The translations under genes were made by a program, and so were the position numbers. A model generated the notes under the pieces. The model ran no database searches. It had not been told where the DNA came from and saw nothing but the letters and a program-made list of their open reading frames with translations. This document shows, piece after piece, positions 9,897-21,082 of a DNA stretch of 64,000 bases. Location: IMG/VR virus record IMGVR_UViG_3300027708_000026, positions 64,001 through 128,000 of that record, one strand, 5' to 3'. Each line of letters opens with the position of its first letter. The stretch's first letter is position 1. The DNA comes from a virus.

Positions 9897-12023
9897 ATGC
9901 CAGCATTACTAAGCGGATCCTCATTAATCGCCGGGGCTTCAAACAGCTATATTACTCTTGCGACTGCGCAACCGCAATTACCCGCTACGCCATCTACTAA
10001 TACTGGTTTTACTGTAATAACGGACATAGTTTACCCATCACAATTAGTCACTAGATATGCTTCTAGCTTGGGAAATATTCAATTTACTACAGGTACGATG
10101 CAGGCAAACTTGCCTAATTTAAATATCAATATTGTTGGTACGGGAACAGGTACAGTTATTATATCGGGATCAGTAGCCAATACTAGTTCTGACACAGGTG
10201 TACTAGTAGTAAAAGGCGGAGTCGGTATTTCTGAAGGAATACGTACAGGAAAAGATATTGTAGTCAATGGATTGACTATGGGGCAGGGATATAGTAATCA
10301 AATTGGTGGGGTTAACAATATCGTTATCACCGGGACTGCTAGTCCACAACTAAATGCATTTCCTGTTGGGCAGGAAAGTATAGTAATTGGATACGATGCT
10401 CTTAAAGGTATCGATACTTCTTATAAAGTTATTGCTATTGGTAGGTATGCAGCAAGTACTGGTACTCAATTAGAAAATGTGATAGCAATTGGCGATAGTG
10501 CTTTAAAAAATATCGGAACTACTCAAACAGAATTTGCTGGATTTATATCGGCAGTTACTGCGGCAAATACATTAACACTAACAGTATTGAATCACACGCT
10601 GTCTACAGGCACAGAAGTATTAATCAAAGATGTAGTTGGCATGACAGAGTTAAATGGTCAGACTTATTTTGTTGGTGTAATGTCTACATCATCTATAAGA
10701 TTATATACTGATATTAATTTACAAACTGGTGTTGATGCCAGCACCTATAATGGCTATGTTAGTGGCGGCAAAATATATAAAACATTATTATGGAATGGCA
10801 ATTTTGCTATTGGAAATAATGCCGGTAAAAATTTAATCAACGGCGAACAAAACTTTTTCTTAGGTTATAATCCTGCCCCTAATTTTACCACAGGTAGTTA
10901 TAACTTCTTCATGGGCCATGATATCGCCCAAAATATGATAACCGGTAATGCTAATATTTCCATTGGCGGCGACAACATGGTCGATGCCAAAGATAATCAG
11001 GTTAATATTGGATCGGTATTTTACTACAACGGCTCTGGTTATTTAGAATTAAATGCAGATACTGGATTAGGCTTGGGTACTGAATCAACATCAACAGTTA
11101 GTGGCGCATTTAATGTAGATGGCGGTGCGGGCATAAGCGGTAACCTATATGTTGGCGGAGAAATTCATGTAGTCAGTGCTAGAAATGCAACTACCACTAC
11201 TGATGGGGCACTAGTGGTAACTGGGGGTGCTGGCATCGGCGGCGACTTATATGTTGGCGGCACATTACATGCAACTGCTTTATCGTCATTAGTTTCCGGA
11301 TCTAGCCAACGTGCTGATGAAATTTTAGTAACTCCTACATCGTCAACTAATTATTATCTAGCATTGACACCTAATATATCCGGATATAATTCAATTTATT
11401 CACCTAGCGATATTGAGTACGACGGTTTAAACGATGTACTAATAGTGGGATCTAGGATTGATGTTACAAATACAACCCCGTCAGCAAATACTTATTCAGG
11501 ATCACTGACCGTATATGGTGGTGTTGGTATTGGCGGATCACTAAATGTAGAAAATGGTATTACGACACAAAATGGTGATATTGGTATTGGCATACAAACC
11601 TTAGCTGGTCATGAATATTTTGCAATTCATGTTAATAAATTTACCGGGGCTTTAGAATTCCATCCTAATAGAGTTACTGTAACTACTTCGACGACCGCAG
11701 TGTTTGTAATCGATGACGACGGCGGCCCAACAGTATCTGTTAATCCTTTTAAGGTTACAAATACAACAGCATCTACTAGTACCACTACTGGTGCGCTGCA
11801 AGTATCAGGTGGTGTAGGTATAACTGGCAGTGTATACAGCCGAGATGGAAATCCGGAACAAAATTATCTGCTGTATACACCTAAAGTTACTATTACTAAT
11901 ACTGGGTTGCCACCAACAAATCCTAAGCCTGGTGATTTCTGGATAGACACGCAAATACTAGCCGAGCTTCAATTTATTCAGGACGGTACTAGTACATTCT
12001 GGATACAAATTACATCACTATAA
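9897..12023 (+). CDS. Tail fibre/appendage protein
   Basis: TGALxVxGGVGI repeats, autotransporter-head-like (N/V)xAIGxxA repeats, a DVVGMTELNG domain and a C-terminal PPTNPKPGDFW module. Confidence 0.7.
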   Translation: MPALLSGSSLIAGASNSYITLATAQPQLPATPSTNTGFTVITDIVYPSQLVTRYASSLGNIQFTTGTMQANLPNLNINIVGTGTGTVIISGSVANTSSDTGVLVVKGGVGISEGIRTGKDIVVNGLTMGQGYSNQIGGVNNIVITGTASPQLNAFPVGQESIVIGYDALKGIDTSYKVIAIGRYAASTGTQLENVIAIGDSALKNIGTTQTEFAGFISAVTAANTLTLTVLNHTLSTGTEVLIKDVVGMTELNGQTYFVGVMSTSSIRLYTDINLQTGVDASTYNGYVSGGKIYKTLLWNGNFAIGNNAGKNLINGEQNFFLGYNPAPNFTTGSYNFFMGHDIAQNMITGNANISIGGDNMVDAKDNQVNIGSVFYYNGSGYLELNADTGLGLGTESTSTVSGAFNVDGGAGISGNLYVGGEIHVVSARNATTTTDGALVVTGGAGIGGDLYVGGTLHATALSSLVSGSSQRADEILVTPTSSTNYYLALTPNISGYNSIYSPSDIEYDGLNDVLIVGSRIDVTNTTPSANTYSGSLTVYGGVGIGGSLNVENGITTQNGDIGIGIQTLAGHEYFAIHVNKFTGALEFHPNRVTVTTSTTAVFVIDDDGGPTVSVNPFKVTNTTASTSTTTGALQVSGGVGITGSVYSRDGNPEQNYLLYTPKVTITNTGLPPTNPKPGDFWIDTQILAELQFIQDGTSTFWIQITSL

Positions 12024-12035
12024 AGAGTTAAAAAT

Positions 12036-12782
12036 ATGGCGTTATTAAATTTCCCCGCAAATCCATATGTAGGACAACAGTACACGCTTGGCGGAAAAAC
12101 TTATCAATGGACGGGGTATGCCTGGACCATAGTCAGTCAAGGGTCTGGTAATTTTGATGGCATAACTATAGGAACAGGTACAGGGGCAGTGTCAATTACT
12201 ACAGGTACTATTACAATTGGCGGTATTCCTATATTGACAACTGCATCTTTAGCAACCATTACATTACAGGCAGTTACTGATAACGGTTCTACAACTACAA
12301 ATAAAGTATATCTAACTAACACTACAAATTCTACAAGCACTACCACTGGAGCATTACAGGTAAAGGGTGGTGTAGGTATTGGTGGAGATATAAATGTAGG
12401 TGGTACTGTATATTCTGAACACTTACAAATTGCTGATTCAGTATTTGACAGTACTGCGACACCGGTTAATACAGCAGTGGCGACCGTGATTGATTCTTAT
12501 CCAGTTACACAATTTAGAACGTCTAAATACTTGGTGCAAATAGACGACCCATCCACTAATAGTTATCAAGCCAGTGAATTATTAATGTTGGTTGCAAATA
12601 CTGCAAGTGTTTACACTACTTGGGTGACTGAGTATGCTACGGTAAAAAATAATACATTGCTTGGTCAATTTCAAAGCCAAGTGGTATCACTTATTGGAAT
12701 TCCGACTGCGCAGTTATTATTCCAAGCAAATGGTGCAACTAGTAAAACAGTAAAAGTATTACGTATTGGCATGACACCTTAA
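12036..12782 (+). CDS. Short fibre/adaptor protein
   Basis: N-terminal FPANPYVGQQY...YQWTGYAW module, one TGAL repeat and a C-terminal IDS..FRTSKYLVQI domain. Confidence 0.6.
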   Translation: MALLNFPANPYVGQQYTLGGKTYQWTGYAWTIVSQGSGNFDGITIGTGTGAVSITTGTITIGGIPILTTASLATITLQAVTDNGSTTTNKVYLTNTTNSTSTTTGALQVKGGVGIGGDINVGGTVYSEHLQIADSVFDSTATPVNTAVATVIDSYPVTQFRTSKYLVQIDDPSTNSYQASELLMLVANTASVYTTWVTEYATVKNNTLLGQFQSQVVSLIGIPTAQLLFQANGATSKTVKVLRIGMTP

Positions 12783-12797
12783 CGGGAAGAAACCAAC

Positions 12798-15700
12798 GTG
12801 GCACTAACTCCAGTAAATCAGGATTTTAATGTAAACAACGGACTCGTTGTTTTAGGCACAAGTGCGGTTACAAGTTCAACTGATCAGACTAATGCACTAC
12901 AGGTTAATAGTGGCGCTGCTGTTGCCCAAAATTTAATTGTTGGCACTGACGGAAAAATTTACGGAAATTTTGAAGTAGTTGGTACTACCACACTAGGCAA
13001 TACAGTTCTTAGTACATCTACTGTCAGCGGTGATTTAACTGTGACAGGCGAGATAATTGCAACACGATTAACAATACAATACACTACAGTTACTACCGCA
13101 TTAGTCACTACTGATGATATAATATCAACTTATAACACTACATCATCTACTGGTACGACTACCGGCGCATTGGTCATTGCCGGCGGTGTGGGCATTGGCA
13201 AAGATGTATTTGTTGGTGGTAATGTTACTGCTCCTAGATTTTTAGGAACTGCTACTACAGCAAAAAATTTAGAAGGCGGCAGCACCAATAGTATACCATA
13301 TCAATCTACTGCCGGATCTACGGTATTTTTACCTGTTGGTTTAGACGGTACTATACTTGGAGTAGTCGGGCAACAACTGACATGGACTAGCTCTGCAGGT
13401 GCGACAGTCGGCAATGCAAACACTGCAACAAACTTAGCAGGCGGAACCAAAGGAGCAATACCTTATCAATCCGATGTTGGCCAAACAGCTTTTGATGCTT
13501 CTGGATTGAAATATGTCAGCTCGTTGACACAACTAGTAACCAATAATATTTTAGTAACCAGTTCAGCATCTGGAACCACTATTGGTGGCGGGGCAATATC
13601 AGTCACAGGCGGCGCATATTTTGGAAAAGATGTTTACATCGCAGAGACTGGCATGGGTGCATTTACTGTAGCAGGTTATGCGGCTATCGGTAAAAGATTA
13701 ACTATATTAGATTATACAGATGCATCAAGCACTGGCACAGGGGCTTTGATCGTATCTAATGGCGGTGCATACATATCTCAGAATGTATATATTGGTAGTA
13801 CGGTAACTGCTGCCAACGCACGTATTACTTCTTTGGGCAATAATCGGTTAATTTATTCAGATACTTCCGGAAATTTACAAAATACAGTAGTTACCTATAG
13901 CACACAAACGCTACAATTATCTGGAACTATAACCAATGCTCTATATGCAGGTACTGCCACTTACGCGATTACCAGTGCATTTGCGACTACTAGCGGATAC
14001 ACATTATCTTTTAATACTGGCACACTAGTAACAAATGCTCTATATGCAGATACTGCCACTTACTCGATTACCAGTGCATTTGCGACTACTAGCGGATACA
14101 CATTATCTTTTAATACTGGCACACTAGTAACAAATGCATTATATTCAGTCACTGCTACTTATGCAACTATAGCATTGGGGTTTAATACTAATACATTGGT
14201 ATCATCAGCGGTCACAGCATCTTATGCAACAAATGTACTCGGCGGCTCATATGGAAGTGTATTATATCAAACAGCAACTAATCAGACTGCTGCATTACCT
14301 ATAGGCGGCGAAGGTACAATATTAGCGATTGTCAATGGTATATTGGGTTGGGGAAATCCTTCAGGATTTACAGTAAGTACCGCGACTAATTTTAATGGTG
14401 GTCAGGCTGGATCGATACCATTTCAAACGGGCTCTGGACAAACATCATTTGACGATCTAAACTTAAACTTCCATCTTCCTTATACACCAGATGCGATTTT
14501 ATCCGCAAATAAATTAGCAGTAACTAGTACTACAAATAGTATTTCATCAATAACTGGTGCATTAGTAGTATCTGGCGGTGTCGGAGTAAAAGGTGATATC
14601 TATGTAGGCGGTGCTATATATTCTAACGGTCAAGCAGTATTAACTGGCGGGACTGGTACTGGTTTCGTTAGCAACATAGTTGCAGGTACTGGAATAAGTG
14701 TATCCTCATCAACTGGTGCTATCACCATTTCCAATACAGGTGTACTGACGTTAACAGCTGGTACTGACACATCATTGAGTACTTCGACTGGTAATATTAC
14801 AGTATGGAATAATAGCACATTACAGAGTGTAACTTCTAGAGGATCAAGTACCAATAGAATTATTACAATATCTAATAATACCACTGCATCATCTACACAG
14901 TCTGCGGCATTGGTAGTAACTGGCGGAGTTGGTATTGGGCAAAATGTTTATATCGGTGGCAAGATAAATGTTGGTGGAAACATATTGCCAACAACTAGCA
15001 CAGTTAGTTTAGGAACATTAGAAAATCCGTTCGCAGATTTATATTTAGGATCTAATTCTTTAAACATTGATACTGTTAGATTTTCTGGAATTGGATCAAC
15101 ACTAACTATAACAGTAATACCTACTCCACCTACCTATGCTACTATCCCGGCTACATTAAATATTGGGAATATTTTAATTACGGGTGCGACTAATTCAACA
15201 TCAACAAATACTGGATCACTACAGGTTGCTGGTGGCGCCGGTATTGCTAAAGATATTCAGGTTGGCGGCAGTGCGATAATTGCGAATACATTATCTATAT
15301 TCAGCACACTATCTAGCACAACAACTATATTCCAAAATGCGTTATACGTAGCAGGTGGTGTTGGTGTTGGTAAAAACTTACTCGTTACTGGTGAAGCGGT
15401 ATTCCAAAATAATGTAACATTTAACGGCACAACGACCTATGTGTTGAGTACAAATAGTGTTTACACTGACAATATTATTGAGTTACATTATCCTAACACT
15501 CCGGGAAATACATGGACAGTCAATGATAATAATGATATTGGATTACGATTCCATTATTATGATACACAAGATCGAAATGCATTCCTAGGTCGAGATAATG
15601 CCACTGGCTATTTAGAATGGCTAGTTAACGCCGGCCCTGATAATACAGCAAACGTCACAGGTACTAATGGGATATTTAGATTAGGCAGTATTATTTTAAC

Positions 15701-18700
15701 AAATACCACTGCATCAACAAATACAGCTACTGGGGCGCTAACAGTCGTAGGCGGAGTTGGAATAGGCGGAGATTTACAAGTTGGTGGCACGATTTATAGA
15801 AATGGAATATCTGTAGGTTATGGATATACTGGTAGCGTCGGTCCGCAGGGACCTATAGGATATGCAGGAAGTTCCGGTGCAGGTGGTGGCACTGGTTATA
15901 CCGGATCAATCGGCCCACAAGGACCGCAGGGATATTCGGGATCGGTTGGACCACAGGGACCGCAGGGGGTAACAGGCCCGCAAGGACCTCAGGGATATTC
16001 GGGATCGATTGGACCGCAAGGCGCAACTGGATATGCGGGTTCAACTGGCACACAAGGAATTACTGGTTATACTGGTTCAATTGGATCTACTGGTACACAA
16101 GGACCTATAGGATATGCAGGAAGTTCTGGTGCAGGTGGCGGCACTGGTTATACTGGTTCAATTGGATCTACTGGTACACAAGGACCTATTGGATATGCTG
16201 GATCTATTGGCCCACAAGGGCCGCAGGGATATTCTGGATCAGTTGGATCTACTGGTACACAAGGACCTATTGGATATGCTGGATCTATTGGTCCACAGGG
16301 GATACGCGGGTATGATGGAAGCCGCGGGCCGCAAGGGCCACAGGGCGTAACCGGACCACAGGGCCCGGTTGGATACACTGGTTCAATTGGATCCACTGGT
16401 ACCATAGGATATTCTGGATCAGTTGGATCCACTGGTACTATAGGCTATTCGGGTTCAGTTGGCGCACAGGGACCTATCGGATACACTGGATCAGTTGGAT
16501 CTACTGGTACTACAGGTTATGCTGGCTCAGTCGGATCCACTGGTACTATAGGCTATTCGGGTTCAGTTGGATCTACTGGTACTACAGGGTATGCTGGTTC
16601 AATTGGATCCACTGGTACACAAGGACCTATTGGATACGCTGGATCTATTGGCCCACAAGGGCCGCAGGGATATTCTGGATCAGTTGGATCTACTGGTACA
16701 CAGGGACCTATTGGATATGCTGGATCTATTGGATATGCTGGGTCAGTCGGATCCACTGGTACTATAGGCTATTCGGGTTCAGTTGGATCTACTGGTACTA
16801 CGGGGTATGCTGGTTCAGTTGGCTTAACTGGATCGTTTACAGGTACAACTACATCAACAGTTTTTATCAATAACACGACTACATCAGTCAGTACAAATAC
16901 CGGCGCTCTGACCGTAGCAGGTGGTGTTGGCATAGGCGGTGCTGTTTATATTGGGACATCTTCCTATATTGCTGGCGCACAGATCATTACCACTGCCACT
17001 ATTGGAAATTACGCTAGCGGCGGCAGTACTAGTTCAAGTGGTATATCAATATACGATGAAGGTATTCAAATAGCATCGACAGTGACTGCTCTTAACTTTG
17101 TTGGAGACGGCGTTATAGCTACAACTTCAACTGCTGGAGCTATAAAGTTTGTTGGAAATACTCAATGGTTAAGTATTCCATCTGTCGCAGGATTAAATTT
17201 AGGCGATCCTAGTTACCCCGGCGCCCTAGACGGGCCAAACTTTACAATTGAATTTTGGATGTACGCCACTAGTTCTGCTACCGATGTGTACATAATGGAT
17301 AAAGATGGGATTGCAGGCCTATCATATGCTGAATACGGATTTAAGTTATCGACCTTAAGAGTAGTAACATTTTATGTTGGGCATGGTGATAATGCCGGCA
17401 CCCAGTATGGTGGGGAGCAAAATTTCACAGTAGGCACAGTCGCATTGAATACCTGGTATCATGTGGCTGCAACACAATCGGCCACAAATCAAATTAAAAC
17501 ATTCCTTAATGGCACATTAACTGGCACTACTACAAGAAATCAAAGGATGGTTGATGGCGGTAAAGCGTTATTAATAGGCTGGTGTCAAGATCAAGCAACT
17601 AATACTCGATTTACTGGATATCTAACTAACATTCGAATTGTCAAAGGCACAGCACTTTATACGAATACCTTTCCATTGCCCGCCGCCGCACTGACCACAG
17701 TCACAAGCACTGCACTTTTATTAAATGCCGCCAGTCCTGCATCTTTTCTCGCAGATGGTAGCACAAATAACGCCAGCATAACCAACAACGGAACAGTCTC
17801 GTTTGTCAGCAGCTCGCCACTCTTTGCAGGTGTAACAGTTACTATACCAAGTTTTTCAGTATCGAGTGTTTCGTCAAATACACCAAGATATCTAACATTC
17901 GTCTCCACTACCACTGGATCTGCAAGTGCAGAAACAACAGCTACCGGATTATTATATGTTGCAAATAGAGGTATAGCTATTGGCACAAGCACAATAACAG
18001 CATTAGCTGATCCAATGGGATTGGCCGGAGGTTATATTAGGGGCAAAGTTTTAGATCTCTACGGTGGTTTATATATTAGACAAGTGGGCTCTAGCATTAT
18101 TTCGTCAAATTATCTGGGTCAAGGTGTTTACGACAATACCACTTACATTAATGCAGGCGGCACTAACAATAATTTTATTTGGCAGATAAATGGCGGCCAA
18201 AAGATGTACCTATCAAATGCTGGATATTTTGGCATTGGGACATCTCCAATATCCGATTTACATTTACAAGGCTCACAATTTAGACACAATGATGTCAGCG
18301 GGTGGAACACTTATACATTTACTGTATTACCAGGAGTGGTACAACTAGCATCGACTGCCAGTATTTCAATTCAGTCAGCTAATGTTTCCATCACTTCAAC
18401 TGCATCAAGCACCGGTACTACAACAGGAGCATTACAAGTTGTGGGCGGCGTTGGCATTGGTGGAGATTTATATTTTGGTGGAATAATTTCTGGAGGTGGA
18501 GTTAGAACAAGTACTACCACAACTACACCAAATCCTGCAAGCGTAGGAGACGTTTGGTATTATCAAGGCACTGATGTAGTTTATAGATACCAATATGATG
18601 GAACAACCAGTACATGGGTAGATGTAACTGGACCTAATCTCATTGGATTGTATCAATATCAAGGCAATGCTGCATCAACTCCTGCCTATCTATCTGCTGC

Positions 18701-19070
18701 TTCAGGTAATAATTTTATAACACCATCAGTAGCATGGGCAGCAGCAGCACCTGTAGCATTAACTGATGCAGCGACAATACCTGTGGATTTAAGTGCGGGA
18801 ATGAATTTTACCTGCCTGTTAACCAGCGGAGTTGGCACAACAAGAAAGTTAGATAATTTTGTAAATCCTAAACCAGGACAAACTGGATGGATAATGTTTA
18901 CACAGGGTGCAACTGGAAACAATAATGTCACATTTGGTAATAACTGGCATTGGCCTCTAGGAACCACTGGAACATTTTCTACATCAACTGCCAACGCCGT
19001 AGATATTTTATTTTATACAGTTCTAACACCAACATACTATTTAGGTAATATGGCCAATAGGGTGGTATAA
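12798..19070 (+). CDS. Long fibre protein with collagen-like and LamG/concanavalin-like domains
   Basis: GTG start; many TGAL repeats; 113 Gly-X-Y triplets; LamG-like motifs [16 protein letters not shown] and [11 protein letters not shown]. Confidence 0.8.
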   Translation: MALTPVNQDFNVNNGLVVLGTSAVTSSTDQTNALQVNSGAAVAQNLIVGTDGKIYGNFEVVGTTTLGNTVLSTSTVSGDLTVTGEIIATRLTIQYTTVTTALVTTDDIISTYNTTSSTGTTTGALVIAGGVGIGKDVFVGGNVTAPRFLGTATTAKNLEGGSTNSIPYQSTAGSTVFLPVGLDGTILGVVGQQLTWTSSAGATVGNANTATNLAGGTKGAIPYQSDVGQTAFDASGLKYVSSLTQLVTNNILVTSSASGTTIGGGAISVTGGAYFGKDVYIAETGMGAFTVAGYAAIGKRLTILDYTDASSTGTGALIVSNGGAYISQNVYIGSTVTAANARITSLGNNRLIYSDTSGNLQNTVVTYSTQTLQLSGTITNALYAGTATYAITSAFATTSGYTLSFNTGTLVTNALYADTATYSITSAFATTSGYTLSFNTGTLVTNALYSVTATYATIALGFNTNTLVSSAVTASYATNVLGGSYGSVLYQTATNQTAALPIGGEGTILAIVNGILGWGNPSGFTVSTATNFNGGQAGSIPFQTGSGQTSFDDLNLNFHLPYTPDAILSANKLAVTSTTNSISSITGALVVSGGVGVKGDIYVGGAIYSNGQAVLTGGTGTGFVSNIVAGTGISVSSSTGAITISNTGVLTLTAGTDTSLSTSTGNITVWNNSTLQSVTSRGSSTNRIITISNNTTASSTQSAALVVTGGVGIGQNVYIGGKINVGGNILPTTSTVSLGTLENPFADLYLGSNSLNIDTVRFSGIGSTLTITVIPTPPTYATIPATLNIGNILITGATNSTSTNTGSLQVAGGAGIAKDIQVGGSAIIANTLSIFSTLSSTTTIFQNALYVAGGVGVGKNLLVTGEAVFQNNVTFNGTTTYVLSTNSVYTDNIIELHYPNTPGNTWTVNDNNDIGLRFHYYDTQDRNAFLGRDNATGYLEWLVNAGPDNTANVTGTNGIFRLGSIILTNTTASTNTATGALTVVGGVGIGGDLQVGGTIYRNGISVGYGYTGSVGPQGPIGYAGSSGAGGGTGYTGSIGPQGPQGYSGSVGPQGPQGVTGPQGPQGYSGSIGPQGATGYAGSTGTQGITGYTGSIGSTGTQGPIGYAGSSGAGGGTGYTGSIGSTGTQGPIGYAGSIGPQGPQGYSGSVGSTGTQGPIGYAGSIGPQGIRGYDGSRGPQGPQGVTGPQGPVGYTGSIGSTGTIGYSGSVGSTGTIGYSGSVGAQGPIGYTGSVGSTGTTGYAGSVGSTGTIGYSGSVGSTGTTGYAGSIGSTGTQGPIGYAGSIGPQGPQGYSGSVGSTGTQGPIGYAGSIGYAGSVGSTGTIGYSGSVGSTGTTGYAGSVGLTGSFTGTTTSTVFINNTTTSVSTNTGALTVAGGVGIGGAVYIGTSSYIAGAQIITTATIGNYASGGSTSSSGISIYDEGIQIASTVTALNFVGDGVIATTSTAGAIKFVGNTQWLSIPSVAGLNLGDPSYPGALDGPNFTIEFWMYATSSATDVYIMDKDGIAGLSYAEYGFKLSTLRVVTFYVGHGDNAGTQYGGEQNFTVGTVALNTWYHVAATQSATNQIKTFLNGTLTGTTTRNQRMVDGGKALLIGWCQDQATNTRFTGYLTNIRIVKGTALYTNTFPLPAAALTTVTSTALLLNAASPASFLADGSTNNASITNNGTVSFVSSSPLFAGVTVTIPSFSVSSVSSNTPRYLTFVSTTTGSASAETTATGLLYVANRGIAIGTSTITALADPMGLAGGYIRGKVLDLYGGLYIRQVGSSIISSNYLGQGVYDNTTYINAGGTNNNFIWQINGGQKMYLSNAGYFGIGTSPISDLHLQGSQFRHNDVSGWNTYTFTVLPGVVQLASTASISIQSANVSITSTASSTGTTTGALQVVGGVGIGGDLYFGGIISGGGVRTSTTTTTPNPASVGDVWYYQGTDVVYRYQYDGTTSTWVDVTGPNLIGLYQYQGNAASTPAYLSAASGNNFITPSVAWAAAAPVALTDAATIPVDLSAGMNFTCLLTSGVGTTRKLDNFVNPKPGQTGWIMFTQGATGNNNVTFGNNWHWPLGTTGTFSTSTANAVDILFYTVLTPTYYLGNMANRVV
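13935..14137 (+). repeat. 99-bp in-frame tandem duplication (33 aa)
   Basis: Copies start at 13935 and 14034 and differ at only two positions; a degenerate third copy follows. Confidence 0.92.
15822..16838 (+). repeat. Collagen-like (Gly-X-Y)113 coding repeat
   Basis: Uninterrupted triplets such as GYT/GYA/GYS, GSI/GSV, GPQ, GST and GTQ, with many internal near-exact DNA repeats. Confidence 0.95.
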
Positions 19071-19071
19071 C

Positions 19072-21054
19072 GTGTTTCCCGGAATCAATCCTAATGCAGT
19101 ATCTGGTAGCAAGCGGCCCGGCGCTCCTTGTAGTCCAATTGTAACCTCTGTAGTATTCACTGCAACTAGTGCCACAGTCACAGTTTCTCCCCCGGATCAT
19201 AATGGCGGAGCATATATTAGATCATATGTAGTCGTTAGCAATCCGGGAAATTTAATAGGAGCCGGTTCAAATCCTAATAATATCATAGTTTCAGGCCTGA
19301 CTCCAAATACAAATTATAATTTCACAGCATATGCGGTAAATGAAATTAGTTCAGGGACTGTTTCTATTCCTTCGGGAACAATAAAAACTTTGACTGATAT
19401 ACCGACAGCCCCAACAGGAATAATTGCTGCTGCCTCCGGCAGTACTAGTGCGACTGTAAGTTATACACAATCTTCTAGAGATAATGGTTTAACTATAACC
19501 TCATATACTGCGGTCAGCACACCTGGAGGAATTACAGCATCAACCAGCACATCTGTATCAAGCACGATATATGTTACCGGACTAAATGTTACTACCGGAT
19601 ATACATTTCAAGTGTATGCAACTAACAGCAAAGGCAACAGCCCATATAGTGCCGCAAGCAATTCGATAACAACATTTGCAGTGGTGCCAAATGCACCAAC
19701 TATCGGTACAGCAAGTATTGTAAGTGGTAATCAAATCAGTGTAAGTTATACGCCGCCCGCATACAATGGCGGATCTGCAATCACATCGTATACTGCAATT
19801 AGCAACCCCGGTGGCGTCACAGCATCTGCTGCTTCTGGAAATATTGTGTTCAGTATCAGTAATCTAATCAAGGTAACTACATATACCTTTACGGTGTATG
19901 CAACAAACGCCATTGGCAACAGTGCAGTCAGTGGGGCTAGTAATTCAGTAACAACCCCTGCAGCAGTGCCAGGAGCACCTACCATCTCATCGGTATCATT
20001 GACTGCTCCCACATCTATCACTGTGGCATATAATGCTCCGGCTGACGATGGTGGGGCAGCAATTACTTCTTATACCGCAATCAGCACACCTGGATCAATC
20101 TCGGCAACAGCTGCTCGCGCTGGAGGGGGTACGATTGTGGTCACCGGACTGTCCTATAATACCAGCTATTATTTTAGGGTATATGCTACTAATAGTATTG
20201 GGGCAGGCGCAAACAGTTCAACATCAAGTTATGTAGCCACATGGGGAAGTGCAATATATGCTACGTCAGGTAAGAGTGATCTACCTAATACATACAGCTG
20301 GGTTGCTCCCCAGGGCGTTGCTTCAGTGAGCGTAGTTGCTGTGGGCGCAGGTGGTGGCGGCAGGCTGCGAATTGATGGAAATAGTTGGTTCTGCAATGTT
20401 GATCTTGTCTCGGGCAAAGGGCCAGCAACGGGTACCAGTTTAGGAAGTTCCCGTTATCAGGATAACGGCGGCACCTATGTTGGTGACGGCGGCGGCCGTG
20501 GCGGAGTCGGTGGCTCTTATACAATTAATGCCAATCTCTTCCACGAGGGAGCAGGTGGTGGCGCAGGCGGATATACTGCTGCTGGCGGAGCTGGTGCAAA
20601 TGGGCGCAGCGGCTGCATCGGCGGCACTGGCTCTGACGCTGTCAGCGGAGGTGGCGGAGGTGGTGGAGGTGCAAATAACTATCCATCAGGCCGGAGAGAT
20701 GGTGGCGGCGGCGTTGGATTATATGGACTGGGTCTCACCGGCGCCGCCGGCGGCAAGGGTGGTAGTGGCGGGGGAGATACATATGGTACTTGTCTACAGG
20801 GATGCGGTGGTAATTACGGAGGCGGTGGTGGAGCATCTTTTGGCAAATTCGGCTGCGGCGCCGGTGGGGGTGGTGGACTAGGTTGGAAAAATAATATTAC
20901 AGTGACACCGGGACAAACATACACAGTCCAAGTCGGCGCTCGGGGCGCGGACGGACGGTGCAGGGGCGGAGCCGGTGCAGTACGCATAGTGTGGCCTGCT
21001 TCGAGTTCTGGCGGAAATCGCGAATTCCCGTCAACCAACGTGTCAGCTCCATAA
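19072..21054 (+). CDS. FN3-repeat, Gly-rich fibre/receptor-binding protein
   Basis: Four fibronectin-III-like repeats (P..P....A.....V.Y..P...GG..ITSYT...Y.F.V.A.N..G) followed by a Gly-rich domain ending GAVRIVWP; GTG start. Confidence 0.8.
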   Translation: MFPGINPNAVSGSKRPGAPCSPIVTSVVFTATSATVTVSPPDHNGGAYIRSYVVVSNPGNLIGAGSNPNNIIVSGLTPNTNYNFTAYAVNEISSGTVSIPSGTIKTLTDIPTAPTGIIAAASGSTSATVSYTQSSRDNGLTITSYTAVSTPGGITASTSTSVSSTIYVTGLNVTTGYTFQVYATNSKGNSPYSAASNSITTFAVVPNAPTIGTASIVSGNQISVSYTPPAYNGGSAITSYTAISNPGGVTASAASGNIVFSISNLIKVTTYTFTVYATNAIGNSAVSGASNSVTTPAAVPGAPTISSVSLTAPTSITVAYNAPADDGGAAITSYTAISTPGSISATAARAGGGTIVVTGLSYNTSYYFRVYATNSIGAGANSSTSSYVATWGSAIYATSGKSDLPNTYSWVAPQGVASVSVVAVGAGGGGRLRIDGNSWFCNVDLVSGKGPATGTSLGSSRYQDNGGTYVGDGGGRGGVGGSYTINANLFHEGAGGGAGGYTAAGGAGANGRSGCIGGTGSDAVSGGGGGGGGANNYPSGRRDGGGGVGLYGLGLTGAAGGKGGSGGGDTYGTCLQGCGGNYGGGGGASFGKFGCGAGGGGGLGWKNNITVTPGQTYTVQVGARGADGRCRGGAGAVRIVWPASSSGGNREFPSTNVSAP

Positions 21055-21082
21055 TAAATAGTATGGTAATCAAAGGATTTAA

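Noticed and set aside
15822-16838. Possible CRISPR array or non-coding repeat
   Set aside because: The repeats are in-frame Gly-X-Y codons with synonymous variation and no unique spacers.
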